Shown here: positions 9,368-18,467 of the stretch, piece by piece
Layout: every line of letters starts with the position of its first letter
How positions within the stretch are numbered: position 1 is the stretch's first letter
From: a candidate division FCPU426 bacterium
GTDB taxonomy: Bacteria; Oederibacteriota; JAAXVQ01; JAUVAV01
NCBI GenBank assembly: GCA_040756875.1
Contig: JBFLYH010000001.1
Span: forward strand, 896,001 to 960,000
Direction of reading: 5' to 3'
Length of the DNA: 64,000 nt
Program-made: the position numbers and the translations under genes
Notes under the pieces: generated by a model
What the model saw: the letters and a program-made list of their open reading frames with translations, nothing else
Databases searched by the model: none
Told to the model about the DNA's origin: nothing

Positions 9368-11092
9368 TCACGCAGGTTTTCGTTGCTGCCCTGTCCGCGC
9401 GCTTCCCCGCCTTAACAGCGTCTGCCGTTGCCGCCTGCGTTCCTGATGCGTACGGGGCACGGCCAGTTTTTTCCGGGTCCAGGGGTTTTCGCCTGTGGCA
9501 TACATGACGCCGGCCAGGGTCATGGGCAAGGGGATGAAATCCTGCATCTGTTCTACGCGCAGCCCCAACCGTTTGGCTTGCACAGCCGCCTGTTTCATGC
9601 CGGCGGCGTCGGCGCCGGGAAAAGAAGCGATGAAATAGGCCGTCAGCAGGCCGCGCTGGCCCGAGCGGGTGCAGGCCGCCTGATACGCCCGCACAAAACG
9701 CTCAAACACTTCCCATGGCGGCTTGCGCATCAAGGCCAGCACTTCGGAATCAGCGTGTTCAGGGGCGACTTTCAATGCACCCGAAACATGCCCGCCATGC
9801 ACCAAACCGGAAAGGTATCCGGGATCGCAAAGCGCCAGGTCGTAACGGATGCCCGAGGCCACGAAGACGTGCCTGACCCCGGGGATAGCCGCCGCTTGTT
9901 TCAGCAGTTTCAGCTGGGCCGCGTGGCTGGTCTCCAGGTGGCGGCACACTTCGGGCACCAGGCACGAGGGCCGGCTGCACGGCCCGTGCGGCCGCGAACA
10001 ACGCAACCCGTACATGTTCGCCGTCGGGCCGCCGAGATCCGTGAGGGTGCCGTGGAAATCCGGCCGGGCCGCCAGGCGGCGCGCTTCGGCCAGAACTGAC
10101 TCCGCGCTGCGGGACTGAATCACCTTGCCCTGGTGCAGCCCCAGGGCGCAAAAACTGCAGCCGCCGAAGCAGCCGCGGTGCGTGATGATCGAATGGCGCA
10201 CCGGTTCAAGCGCCGGAACGGGTTCGGCGTATGACGGGTGCGCCTCCCGGGCGAACGGCAAACCGTAGATCTCGTCCAACTCCGCCGCGCCGAGCGGCCG
10301 GGAGGGAGGATAAACGGCCACCCAGCGTTTCCCGTGCGGCTGTGCGATCACTCTCGCCGGATGGCCTTCGCGGGCGCGCTCCTCGTCCGTTGCGGCCCGA
10401 GTCAATAAGCGGCGGTCCTGAACCAAGTCCTCATAGGACGGCAGCATAACCAGGCCCGGATCCCCGGGAAGGCTGGCAACGACCGCCGCAGTGCCCGGAA
10501 TGCCGGCCAGGTCCGACTCTTGATCCAGCCGGCGCGCGATCTCAGCAACCGCCAGTTCGCCCATGCCGTATACGATCAGGTCCGCTTTGGCGTCCAGCAG
10601 CAGGGACCGCCGGACGCGGTCCTCCCAGTAATCGTAGTGCGCCAGCCGCCGCAGGCTGGCTTCGATGCCGCCCAGCACCACGGCCAGGCCGGGAAAAGCG
10701 CGTTGGATGAGATTGGCGTAGATGATGGAAGCCCGGTTGGGCCGCCGCCCGTGCGCGCCGCCGGGCGCGTAGGCGTCGTCGCGACGGAGTTTCTTGTTGG
10801 CTGTGTAATTGGCGACCAGGGAATCCATGGCGCCGGCCGTGATGCCGGCGAACAAGCGGGGGCGTCCCAGGCGGGTTATTTCCTGTGGTTGTTTCCAATC
10901 CGGCTGGGCGATGACGCCCGTGCGGAACCCCCGGCTGACCAGGTACCGGCCGATAACCGCCGTTCCGAAGCTGGGATGGTCCACATAGGCATCGCCGCTT
11001 ACCAGCAGAACATCGAGTTCATTCCATCCCAGGCGGCGCATTTCCTCCCGCGTCATGGGCAGAAAGCCGGGTTGTTTCAAGGAACGGGTCAT
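9368..11092 (-). CDS. YgiQ/UPF0313 family radical SAM protein
   Basis: FLPMTREEM..LGW, GDAYVDHPSFG, GGIEASLRRLAHYDYW, HRGCFGGCSFC (CxxxCxxC), DLGGPTANMY. Confidence 0.93.
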   Translation of the reverse strand: MTRSLKQPGFLPMTREEMRRLGWNELDVLLVSGDAYVDHPSFGTAVIGRYLVSRGFRTGVIAQPDWKQPQEITRLGRPRLFAGITAGAMDSLVANYTANKKLRRDDAYAPGGAHGRRPNRASIIYANLIQRAFPGLAVVLGGIEASLRRLAHYDYWEDRVRRSLLLDAKADLIVYGMGELAVAEIARRLDQESDLAGIPGTAAVVASLPGDPGLVMLPSYEDLVQDRRLLTRAATDEERAREGHPARVIAQPHGKRWVAVYPPSRPLGAAELDEIYGLPFAREAHPSYAEPVPALEPVRHSIITHRGCFGGCSFCALGLHQGKVIQSRSAESVLAEARRLAARPDFHGTLTDLGGPTANMYGLRCSRPHGPCSRPSCLVPEVCRHLETSHAAQLKLLKQAAAIPGVRHVFVASGIRYDLALCDPGYLSGLVHGGHVSGALKVAPEHADSEVLALMRKPPWEVFERFVRAYQAACTRSGQRGLLTAYFIASFPGADAAGMKQAAVQAKRLGLRVEQMQDFIPLPMTLAGVMYATGENPWTRKKLAVPRTHQERRRQRQTLLRRGSARTGQQRKPA

Positions 11093-11107
11093 GGGCAGGC
11101 CGGGCGG

Positions 11108-11815
11108 TCAATAAAAATCGAAGCCGATGTCCAACAGCACCTGCCAGCGCTGGTCCTGGAGATAGGTGTCCGGAATGGCGTCAAAACTCATGGCGTTGAA
11201 AACGCGGTCATAATAGAAATCGTTCACCTTGGCCTGGTAGAACGTGTAGCGGAACTTGAGGCCGTAGGAAAACAGCATGTTGCCGAGAGGCACATAACGG
11301 CTCAACCCGGTTTCCGCGTATCCGCCCCAGCCAAAGGTCCAGCGGGGCGTATACCCGTCGATTTCATCGAGCCCGGCCTCCGCCTCGCCGTAATAGCTGC
11401 CGCCGCCGGCCAGGCTCGCCACCCAATCCGTCCCGGGCAGCTGGTAATACAGCCGCGGCCCGAAAAACCAGGCGTAAAAATTTCCGCCCGTGCTCTCGCG
11501 GTCGCCGTAGTCACCGGTGGAGGGGTAATAGACGTACACCTGGTTTTTCATCCGCTCCGTGATGCCGGTATAACCGTAAATACCGCCCACTTCCAATCCC
11601 AGCCACGGCAGGGGTTTGTATCCGATCACCGCATCCAGAGCCAGCCCGCCTCCCCAGATCTCGGAGATTTCTCCGGCAGGCTGCATATAGCCTGCGCCCA
11701 GGTGCATGGTGATCCCGGGCTGCAGAAGCGCGTCCTCGGCCCCGGCCGGACGGACGGCCAAAAGCGCCAGACTCATTCCCAACGCCAACCGCTTCGCCAG
11801 CAACACCTTTTTCAT
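11108..11815 (-). CDS. Outer-membrane beta-barrel protein
   Basis: Signal peptide MKKVLL...AGA, alternating aromatic/Gly beta-strands, C-terminal IGFDFY; start chosen after the AAGGGGG RBS. Confidence 0.7.
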   Translation of the reverse strand: MKKVLLAKRLALGMSLALLAVRPAGAEDALLQPGITMHLGAGYMQPAGEISEIWGGGLALDAVIGYKPLPWLGLEVGGIYGYTGITERMKNQVYVYYPSTGDYGDRESTGGNFYAWFFGPRLYYQLPGTDWVASLAGGGSYYGEAEAGLDEIDGYTPRWTFGWGGYAETGLSRYVPLGNMLFSYGLKFRYTFYQAKVNDFYYDRVFNAMSFDAIPDTYLQDQRWQVLLDIGFDFY

Positions 11816-11989
11816 CGTTCCCCCTTGGTGGCCTTCCCGCCGTTTCCCCGGAAAAGCGGACATTAGTATATCACAGGGAATGGTCTCCCGGCAGGAATCC
11901 TCGGCGCGCCAAAGAGCCTGCGGACCGGAACGAGGTTTTTTTCAATGCAGCAGTTGGCATTCACGGTTTTTTCATTTACAATACCGGCC

Positions 11990-13297
11990 ATGAACGACCT
12001 TCTGCACCCGCATGCCAAGCGCAATACCGAAAGCCTCATCCAGCACATACAATCCACGCGCAAGGAACGCACCATTCTGTTCACGGACATCGAACATTCG
12101 ACCCGTTTCTGGTCCCACCACGGCGACATCAAAGGCCGCCTGATGGTGGACCGGCACAACTGGCTGCTCTTCCCTATCATCAAGCACTTCGGCGGCTGGG
12201 TCGTCAAAACCATCGGCGATTCCATCATGGCGGCATTTAAAGATCCCGACCAGGCCATGCAGGCCGCCATTGCCTTCCAGCAGATGCTGGAACGCGAACG
12301 CCGGGCCAATCCCGATTTCACCATCCAAATACGCATCGGCCTGCACAGCGGCGCCACCCTGGTCGAGCACAACGATGTATTCGGCGACGTGGTGAACATT
12401 GCGGCCCGCGTGGAAAGCCAGGCCGAGGGCGGGGAGATCCTGCTGTCCGCCGAAACCCGCAAGCACCTCGACCGGAAAAAATACGCCCTGGAAGACCGGG
12501 GCGAATTCATGCCCAAGGGCAAAACCAAAGCCTTGCAAGTGTACCTGTGCCGCTGGCAGGAGGCGCCGGACCTGCTGGCGCCCATCCACGTTTCCACCCG
12601 GCTCCCGCTGGTTCCCCGCCAGCGCTTCGAAATTCTGCTCTATGCCGTCTCCAGCCTGGCCTTGGCCGTCTTCCTGGTTTGGCGCTATTTGCGCTTTCTT
12701 TTGAGCGAAAACGAAACCATCTCCCTGATGTTGCTCAACCCCGGAACTTTTTGGTGGGAATATCCGCTGCTGGTTTTGCTCGGCTTGAGCCTGGCAGCAG
12801 GCGTTTATTATGCGGCCTTTCGTTTGAAAAAATTCCCGCATACCCTGTTGAGAAGCCTGAAAGGCGGTTTCGGTTTTTTGGCGGCGTTTCTGTTGGGACT
12901 GGGACTCTTCAGCCTGATGCCGGGAGCGCCGGGCCACTACCTCCGGACCCCTCTGGCCGCATCCAAGCATTTGTTCGTCAAAGCCCTGCTGCCGGATACG
13001 CCCGTGTATCGCGTCCCGGCCATCGGCGGCGAGATCATCAAGCATTACCAGCCCGGCCAGCTGCTCCTGCTCGCGGACGTGAAAACCAACGGGCCTGTCA
13101 CCTGGAACAAAGTGCTGATCGGCCCCGGCCGCTACGGCTGGACGCCCCGGGTGATGCCGCCGGACATCGGCGTCCCGGCCAAGCGGGTGACCCTCACGGA
13201 TAAATTCACCTTCCGCATCCGCGACATTTATTCCCTGGTCCTGGGCTTGGGCGGTTTTGTTTGGGGTTTCCTCACCTTCCGCCTGCGCCCGGCGTGA
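11990..13297 (+). CDS. Class III adenylate/guanylate cyclase with C-terminal TM helices and SH3-like domain
   Basis: ILFTDIEHST, KTIGDSIMA, RIGLHSG, DVFGDVVNIAARVE; hydrophobic segments downstream. Confidence 0.88.
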   Translation: MNDLLHPHAKRNTESLIQHIQSTRKERTILFTDIEHSTRFWSHHGDIKGRLMVDRHNWLLFPIIKHFGGWVVKTIGDSIMAAFKDPDQAMQAAIAFQQMLERERRANPDFTIQIRIGLHSGATLVEHNDVFGDVVNIAARVESQAEGGEILLSAETRKHLDRKKYALEDRGEFMPKGKTKALQVYLCRWQEAPDLLAPIHVSTRLPLVPRQRFEILLYAVSSLALAVFLVWRYLRFLLSENETISLMLLNPGTFWWEYPLLVLLGLSLAAGVYYAAFRLKKFPHTLLRSLKGGFGFLAAFLLGLGLFSLMPGAPGHYLRTPLAASKHLFVKALLPDTPVYRVPAIGGEIIKHYQPGQLLLLADVKTNGPVTWNKVLIGPGRYGWTPRVMPPDIGVPAKRVTLTDKFTFRIRDIYSLVLGLGGFVWGFLTFRLRPA

Positions 13298-13968
13298 TCT
13301 TCGCAATACAGCCAGCATAAGCTGACCACCCAGTCCGCGCTGCCGAACCACTTGCCCTGAAATCTTCTCCCCCGGGGGAAATCCCGGCCCAGGTCCTCGT
13401 TCAGGACGAACTCAAAATGATCCGCAGTCACGGGCGGGAGCAGGGACAGGGCCGGGAAGGAAAACCGCCTGCCCACGAGCGGAGACAGGAGTTTGAAGGC
13501 GCTTTCCTTCGCGCCGGCGAGGAAGAGCGGGCTCACGCGGCCGGGCGCCGAAAAAAAGTGCAGCCAGGCGAGTTCGTCCTCATTGGCGATCAGGGCCAGG
13601 CTGCCGGGGCTCAGACGCCGGGCGCGGCTTTCCAGGTCAATGCCCAGGGAACGATAACGCCGCGTGCCTGCGGCCACAGCGCACGCCGCTTGGGCGGCAT
13701 GGGCGATGCTTCCGCAAGTGCCCGCGGGCCAGGCCGGCGCGCCGGTCGCCCTGCTGGGCAGGGGCCGGGGCGCGATCCCCAGCGCGGACAAGGCGCGACG
13801 GGCGCACCAACGGCCGGTTGCGTACTCGCGGACCCGGGCCGGAACCGCCGCGGAGACAGCCGCCCGCTCTTCGGGCCGCAGCACCGCCGAAGTCTTAGGA
13901 GCGGGCGTGCCGCAGAAGTGTAGGCCGAGGGGCGCGAGAGTCCGCCTGAGACGCGAGAAGAAGTCCAT
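13228..13968 (-). CDS. 4'-phosphopantetheinyl transferase, EntD/Sfp-like
   Basis: R.REYATGRWCAR.AL, GAPAWPAG..GSIAH, LGIDLE, AKESAFK. Confidence 0.88.
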   Translation of the reverse strand: MDFFSRLRRTLAPLGLHFCGTPAPKTSAVLRPEERAAVSAAVPARVREYATGRWCARRALSALGIAPRPLPSRATGAPAWPAGTCGSIAHAAQAACAVAAGTRRYRSLGIDLESRARRLSPGSLALIANEDELAWLHFFSAPGRVSPLFLAGAKESAFKLLSPLVGRRFSFPALSLLPPVTADHFEFVLNEDLGRDFPRGRRFQGKWFGSADWVVSLCWLYCEDHAGRRRKVRKPQTKPPKPRTRE

Positions 13969-13977
13969 GCCTGCCGC

Positions 13978-14505
13978 CTACTCCAGAAAACACACTTCGC
14001 ACAGGGCGGCCGCGCAGATCCGGCCCGCGTAAATCACCTGCCCCTGCACGCTGGCCAGGTAAGGGTCCTGGGCGAGTTTCTTGACCACGACCATGACTTC
14101 CTGTCCGGGAAGCACGGACTCCAGGAAATGCGCGCCTAAAATTTTGGTGGCCCGGACCTTGAGGGGTCGGGGCTCGGCCGCGATCTCACGGCTTTGCCTC
14201 TCCAGGAAAGAATAGAGGCACAATCCCGCCTGACCGATCATTTCCACCTGCAGGGCGCCGGGATAGACCGGCAAGCCGGGGAAATGGCCCCGCAGGACCG
14301 GATCCCCGGGGTCAATGCGGCGGGAAGCGGCCAACACGGCCTGGTCCAGGTCCAACCCGATCAAGCGGTCGAGCAGAAGAAAGGGTTCGCGGTGCGGCAG
14401 GATGCGGCGGATGGCGGCCTGGTCGCAAGACCAGCCCTGGGTCAGCAGGTCCGGCGGGGCCAGGGGCTTCTTGCGCAGGGACTTGAGGATCGTCTCGGAG
14501 TCCAC
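13978..14505 (-). CDS. 3-hydroxyacyl-ACP dehydratase, FabZ-like
   Basis: ILPHREPFLLLD, GHFPGLPVYPGALQVEMIGQ; GTG start at 14505 just after the upstream stop (the ORF track extension to 15291 is spurious). Confidence 0.88.
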   Translation of the reverse strand: MDSETILKSLRKKPLAPPDLLTQGWSCDQAAIRRILPHREPFLLLDRLIGLDLDQAVLAASRRIDPGDPVLRGHFPGLPVYPGALQVEMIGQAGLCLYSFLERQSREIAAEPRPLKVRATKILGAHFLESVLPGQEVMVVVKKLAQDPYLASVQGQVIYAGRICAAALCEVCFLE

Positions 14506-14507
14506 GT

Positions 14508-15764
14508 TCAGGTCTTCAACCCCTTGGCGATGACGTCTTCGATGATGTTGCACGCCTGGTCCATCTCTTCCCGGGTCAGCTGGGCGGAGACCGAAATGCG
14601 GAAGCGGCGGGCATGGGCGGGCACGGCCGGGAAATCCACGGGCTGCAGGAACAGGCCGCGCTTCTGGATCTCCGTGGCCATCTGGAAAAGTTTTTCGCCC
14701 GAGGACCCGATGATGATCGGGATCACCTGGGATTCGGTCTCCCCCAGGTCCAGCTTCAGGTCCAGCAGGCGGCGCTTGAGATAGGCCGTGTTCTCCCAGA
14801 GCTTCTCCCGCAGGGAGGAATCGCGGGTCGCGACTTCGAGGGCCTTCATCAGGCCGGCCACAATCGCGGGAGCGGGCGCGCAGGAGAAGTGGAAGGGCGA
14901 CGCGTAGCATTTCAGGTAGCGGATGAGCCTGGCGTTGGAGCAGATGAACCCCCCCACCCCGCCGAAGGATTTGCTCAGCGTCCCAAAGCTGACCCCGACC
15001 TTGTGCTCCAAACCGAAATGCTCGCCCACGCCGCGGCCGCTCGGGCCGAACATCAGGGTGGAATGCGCCTCGTCCAGATACAGGCCGGCCTGGTGCCGTT
15101 CGCAGGCCTCCACCACGCCCGGCAGCTTCACCAGGTCCCCGTCCATGGAGTACACACCCTCCACGGCCACCAGCTTGCGCTTGCCCTTGCTCCGCTCCAG
15201 CATCTGTTCCAGGGAGTCCAGGTCGTTGTGCGCGAAGAAGAGCATCTTGGCGCCGGCCAAGGTCCCGCCGTCCACCAGGCTCTTGTGGCATTTTTCATCG
15301 AGGATGAATACGTCGCCCTTGCGCAGGATTCCCTGGATGGCGCCCATGTTCCCGCCCAGGCCGCTGGAAAAGAGGATGCAATCTTCTTTCTGCTTGAACT
15401 CGGCCAGCTGTTTCGCGAATTGGACGTGCAGGTCAAAAGTGCCGGAGAGAAGCGGCGCGCCTGAGGCTCCCAAGCCGTACTGTTCCAGGGCCTCGCGCGC
15501 GGCCTGGATGACCTCCGGATGAGTGGACAGGCCGAGGTAGTTATACGAGGTCAGGTTGATGACCTTGCGTTTTTTATGGTCGAGGTTGCTGATGATCTCG
15601 GTGGTGCTCCGGGGCGCACGCAGCAACTGCTGCTCGAAAAAGCTCAGCCCATACCCCACCTGCGGGTCCGCCATCCAGGCATCAAAGTCCTCGGGCGGAG
15701 CCAGCACGTCCGGATTGTCCGTGTAGTGGAAATCCGCCAGGCTGTATTTTAAGGGATTGTCCAT
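14508..15764 (-). CDS. PLP-dependent alpha-oxoamine synthase (serine palmitoyltransferase/AONS family)
   Basis: NLTSYNYLGL, FAHND, VEGVYSMDGD, DEAHS, GTLSKSFG (PLP Lys), RFRISVS. Confidence 0.92.
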   Translation of the reverse strand: MDNPLKYSLADFHYTDNPDVLAPPEDFDAWMADPQVGYGLSFFEQQLLRAPRSTTEIISNLDHKKRKVINLTSYNYLGLSTHPEVIQAAREALEQYGLGASGAPLLSGTFDLHVQFAKQLAEFKQKEDCILFSSGLGGNMGAIQGILRKGDVFILDEKCHKSLVDGGTLAGAKMLFFAHNDLDSLEQMLERSKGKRKLVAVEGVYSMDGDLVKLPGVVEACERHQAGLYLDEAHSTLMFGPSGRGVGEHFGLEHKVGVSFGTLSKSFGGVGGFICSNARLIRYLKCYASPFHFSCAPAPAIVAGLMKALEVATRDSSLREKLWENTAYLKRRLLDLKLDLGETESQVIPIIIGSSGEKLFQMATEIQKRGLFLQPVDFPAVPAHARRFRISVSAQLTREEMDQACNIIEDVIAKGLKT

Positions 15765-15774
15765 CCGCGGCTTC

Positions 15775-16020
15775 TTACCGGCTCTGGTTTTCCATGAATT
15801 TGTTCACCAGCTCGTCGATGGATTTGATCTCGGCCAGCTCGGACCTGGGTATTTTAATGTTCAGCTCCCGCATCGAACAGGAAACCACCTCGATGATGTC
15901 CAGGCTGTTGGCGCCAAAATCCTTCAGCGACCGCTTCGGGTCGAGGTCCGACTCCTTGAGGTCTTCCACGTTCTCCAAAATGTGCTTCTTGACGACTTCC
16001 AAAATCTGCGACCGATCCAT
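15775..16020 (-). CDS. Acyl carrier protein, AcpK-like (beta-branching donor type)
   Basis: GANSLD phosphopantetheine site and KIPRSEL...SIDEL C-terminus, resembling B. subtilis AcpK. Confidence 0.9.
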   Translation of the reverse strand: MDRSQILEVVKKHILENVEDLKESDLDPKRSLKDFGANSLDIIEVVSCSMRELNIKIPRSELAEIKSIDELVNKFMENQSR

Positions 16021-16073
16021 TCCATGCTCCTTAGTTTTTTTCGTCTCCCGGGTTCCAAAACCCGGGCGGCTTA

Positions 16074-16889
16074 TTATACAGGTTTTCCGGCTTTCCGGCT
16101 TTCATAATACCGCATCATGATGTTGTCCCGCAAGGAGACTCCGTAGTCCGCGGTGATGATTTGTCCGTTGACCGCGTCCAACAGGCCGCTGCACAGCCCC
16201 AAAACCGTCCGGCCGCACGCTTCGGGGGTCAACAGCATGTTTTCCGAAACCCCCTGGGCCCGCAGGTACTTGAAGAACTCCTCCCCGAAAATCATCTCGA
16301 AAGATTCGGTCCTTACCATGCCGAACCGGATGACGTTCACCCGGCTCCCTTCCTCGAACAAATGCGCGGACAGATACTTGGCGAAAAACTCGAGCAGGGC
16401 TTTGGAGGCCGCCACGAAGTCATAGCCCGGGTAGAAATGGTCTGGCCCGTCGCTGGAGATCCCCACCAGGTGCCGGGGATAGGCGCCGAATTTTTCTTTC
16501 AGCTTCCGGGCGTAGGCGACGAGCGGCCAGGTGCTGTATTCCAGGCTCTTGAAGAGGGTCTGCTTCTTGTACTCCTCCAGGGCCATGGTCCGCTGGGCAA
16601 AGCCCACGTTGCTGATGAAATAGTCCACGCGCGCTTCGCGCCCGGCGATCTCCGCCAGCAGGCGGTCCGTGTCCTCATCGCGGGAAACATCCGCCTCGAG
16701 CAGCACAGGTTCGGCCGCGCCCAGGCTCGCAAACTGCGCCAACACCTGTCCGGGGTCCGCAGAACCCCACTTATAGGTCAGGTAGCACTTCGCCCCGGCC
16801 TGGGCGAACTGCAGGCCCGCGGCCAGGCCGATGCCCTTGGTCCCGCCGGTAATGAGCGCCACTTTTCCAGCCAAGTCAATTTTCAGCAT
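16074..16889 (-). CDS. SDR-family enoyl-ACP reductase (FabL/FabI-like)
   Basis: TGGTKGIG, Y-x6-K motif YDFVAASK, VNGQIITADYG. Confidence 0.8.
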   Translation of the reverse strand: MLKIDLAGKVALITGGTKGIGLAAGLQFAQAGAKCYLTYKWGSADPGQVLAQFASLGAAEPVLLEADVSRDEDTDRLLAEIAGREARVDYFISNVGFAQRTMALEEYKKQTLFKSLEYSTWPLVAYARKLKEKFGAYPRHLVGISSDGPDHFYPGYDFVAASKALLEFFAKYLSAHLFEEGSRVNVIRFGMVRTESFEMIFGEEFFKYLRAQGVSENMLLTPEACGRTVLGLCSGLLDAVNGQIITADYGVSLRDNIMMRYYESRKAGKPV

Positions 16890-16896
16890 CACGGCC

Positions 16897-17646
16897 TCAC
16901 GCGGGGTAGGTTTCCTCGATCCGCTTCCGGGTCTCGGGATCGGCAAAGCACAGCCGGTGCATGCGGTCTTCCCCGGCCCGGGCTTCGGCGAGGAGGGCCT
17001 GTTTTTTCGCGCCGAGAGATTGTTTCAGTAAAAGCACAGATTGTAACCTTTTTTCGCTGATTTGCAAGGCCAGATTTTCCGCCTGGGCCATGACTTCCGC
17101 TTTAGGCAGGATGTAATTGATTTGGGTTCCCCGGCCTTCCAGTTCCCGGCCCTTGAAGCTTTTGGCCGTGTACATCATCTCGGCGGCGACATTGGGCCCC
17201 ATCAGTTCGGCCAGCAGGCGCGTGCAGCCCATGCCGGGCGTGAAGCCCAGGGACATGAAGACCGCGCCGTACCGGCTCTCCCTGGCCGCCACGACGAGGT
17301 CCGAACAGGCGGCCAGCACCAGGCCGCCGCCCACGGCGTGGCCTTCCATGGCCGCGATCACCGGGAACGGCATGCCCACCAGGCGTTCGGAGATCGCCAG
17401 GTCCTTCACGTGCACCCGCCCCTCGCACAGCGCGAGCAGGTCCTCTTTCTCCGCGCCCCCGCAGAACACGTCCGGCAGGCCGGACAGAATCAGCACTTTG
17501 GCCTTCCGGCTGCCGGCCAGCTTTTCCAGGGCGTCCAGCATGTCCCGCACGAACGCCTGGCTGAAGCGGTTCTTGGTTTCCGCGTCCAGCATCCTGAGAC
17601 GGGCAATGCCGTTCTCCGCGACTTCCGCCTGAAGCCGTTCGCTCAT
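16897..17646 (-). CDS. Enoyl-CoA hydratase-fold decarboxylase ECH2, PksI-like
   Basis: PVIAAMEGHAVGGG, FMSLGFTPGMG, EMMYTAKSFKGREL, C-terminal MH His; start at 17646 overlaps the ECH1 stop (ATGA). Confidence 0.87.
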   Translation of the reverse strand: MSERLQAEVAENGIARLRMLDAETKNRFSQAFVRDMLDALEKLAGSRKAKVLILSGLPDVFCGGAEKEDLLALCEGRVHVKDLAISERLVGMPFPVIAAMEGHAVGGGLVLAACSDLVVAARESRYGAVFMSLGFTPGMGCTRLLAELMGPNVAAEMMYTAKSFKGRELEGRGTQINYILPKAEVMAQAENLALQISEKRLQSVLLLKQSLGAKKQALLAEARAGEDRMHRLCFADPETRKRIEETYPA

Positions 17647-18467
17647 GATCCCCCCTGGGGCGCCAGCGGGTGCTTGGGCTGGTATTTGGAGAACCAGGAC
17701 GGCGTCAGGCCGTCTTCGAACGCTTGGATCGCGGCCAGGACCTCCGGGTCCTGGATCAGCTCCAGCAGCTTGGCCTGAGCCTTGGCGCTGGCCTCTTCCC
17801 GGGTCTGGCGCGCCAGCTGGCTGAAAAACCGCTTGGCCTCGGCCAGGGCCCGGGGCGAGGCCCGGAGCAGGGTCTTGACCACGGCCTTGGCGCCGGCCGC
17901 CAGCTGGGCCTGGCTGAAAACCTCGTCCACCAGGTTCACGGCCAGCGCTTCGGCGGCGTCGAGCCGCTTCGCGGTCAAGATCAAATACTTGAGGACCTGG
18001 GCCGGCACGCGCGCGCCGGCGAGGAACGGAATCACGTTGGCGGGAATGAGGCCCAGGATGACCTCGGAGAACTCGAAAGTGGCCCCTTCCGAGGCCAGCA
18101 CGATGTCGCACGCGCCTGCCAGGCCGATCCCGCCCGCCTTCACCGCGCCGTGCACCACCGCGACCACGGGTTTGGCCGAGTCCTGGATGGCGGCCAGCAG
18201 AGCCGTGTATTGCCCCACGGTTTCTTTCGCGAGGCCGGGATCAGCGGCGCCGGCCCGCACCAGGCTCAGGTCCATGCCCAGGCAGAAGGAATCGCCCTCG
18301 GCCCGCAGGACGACCACGCGCACGTCCGGGTCGGACGCGGCCCGGTTCAAGGCCGCCTGGAGCGACCCCAGACTCTCGTGGTTGAGCACGTTGCCGGCCG
18401 CGCCGTTGGTCAGCGTGACCACGGCCGCGCCGGAATCAACCTCGTACGCTGTCACGGCCACGTTCAT
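17643..18467 (-). CDS. Enoyl-CoA hydratase ECH1, PksH-like
   Basis: FCLGMD, GAVKAGGIG..ACDIV, FEFSEVILGLIPANV. Confidence 0.87.
   Translation of the reverse strand: MNVAVTAYEVDSGAAVVTLTNGAAGNVLNHESLGSLQAALNRAASDPDVRVVVLRAEGDSFCLGMDLSLVRAGAADPGLAKETVGQYTALLAAIQDSAKPVVAVVHGAVKAGGIGLAGACDIVLASEGATFEFSEVILGLIPANVIPFLAGARVPAQVLKYLILTAKRLDAAEALAVNLVDEVFSQAQLAAGAKAVVKTLLRASPRALAEAKRFFSQLARQTREEASAKAQAKLLELIQDPEVLAAIQAFEDGLTPSWFSKYQPKHPLAPQGGS

Noticed and set aside
14506-15291. 437-aa ORF implying a long N-terminal extension of FabZ
   Set aside because: The extension is an alternate frame inside the alpha-oxoamine synthase gene; FabZ similarity begins at the GTG at 14505.
14508-15764. bioF in a biotin operon
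   Set aside because: There is no bioA, bioB, bioD or bioC nearby, and the gene is embedded among ACP and FAS genes; only the family assignment is kept.
17647-18111. 404-aa ORF extension of ECH2
   Set aside because: It overlaps ECH1 out of frame; the real start is the ATG at 17646, coupled to the ECH1 stop.
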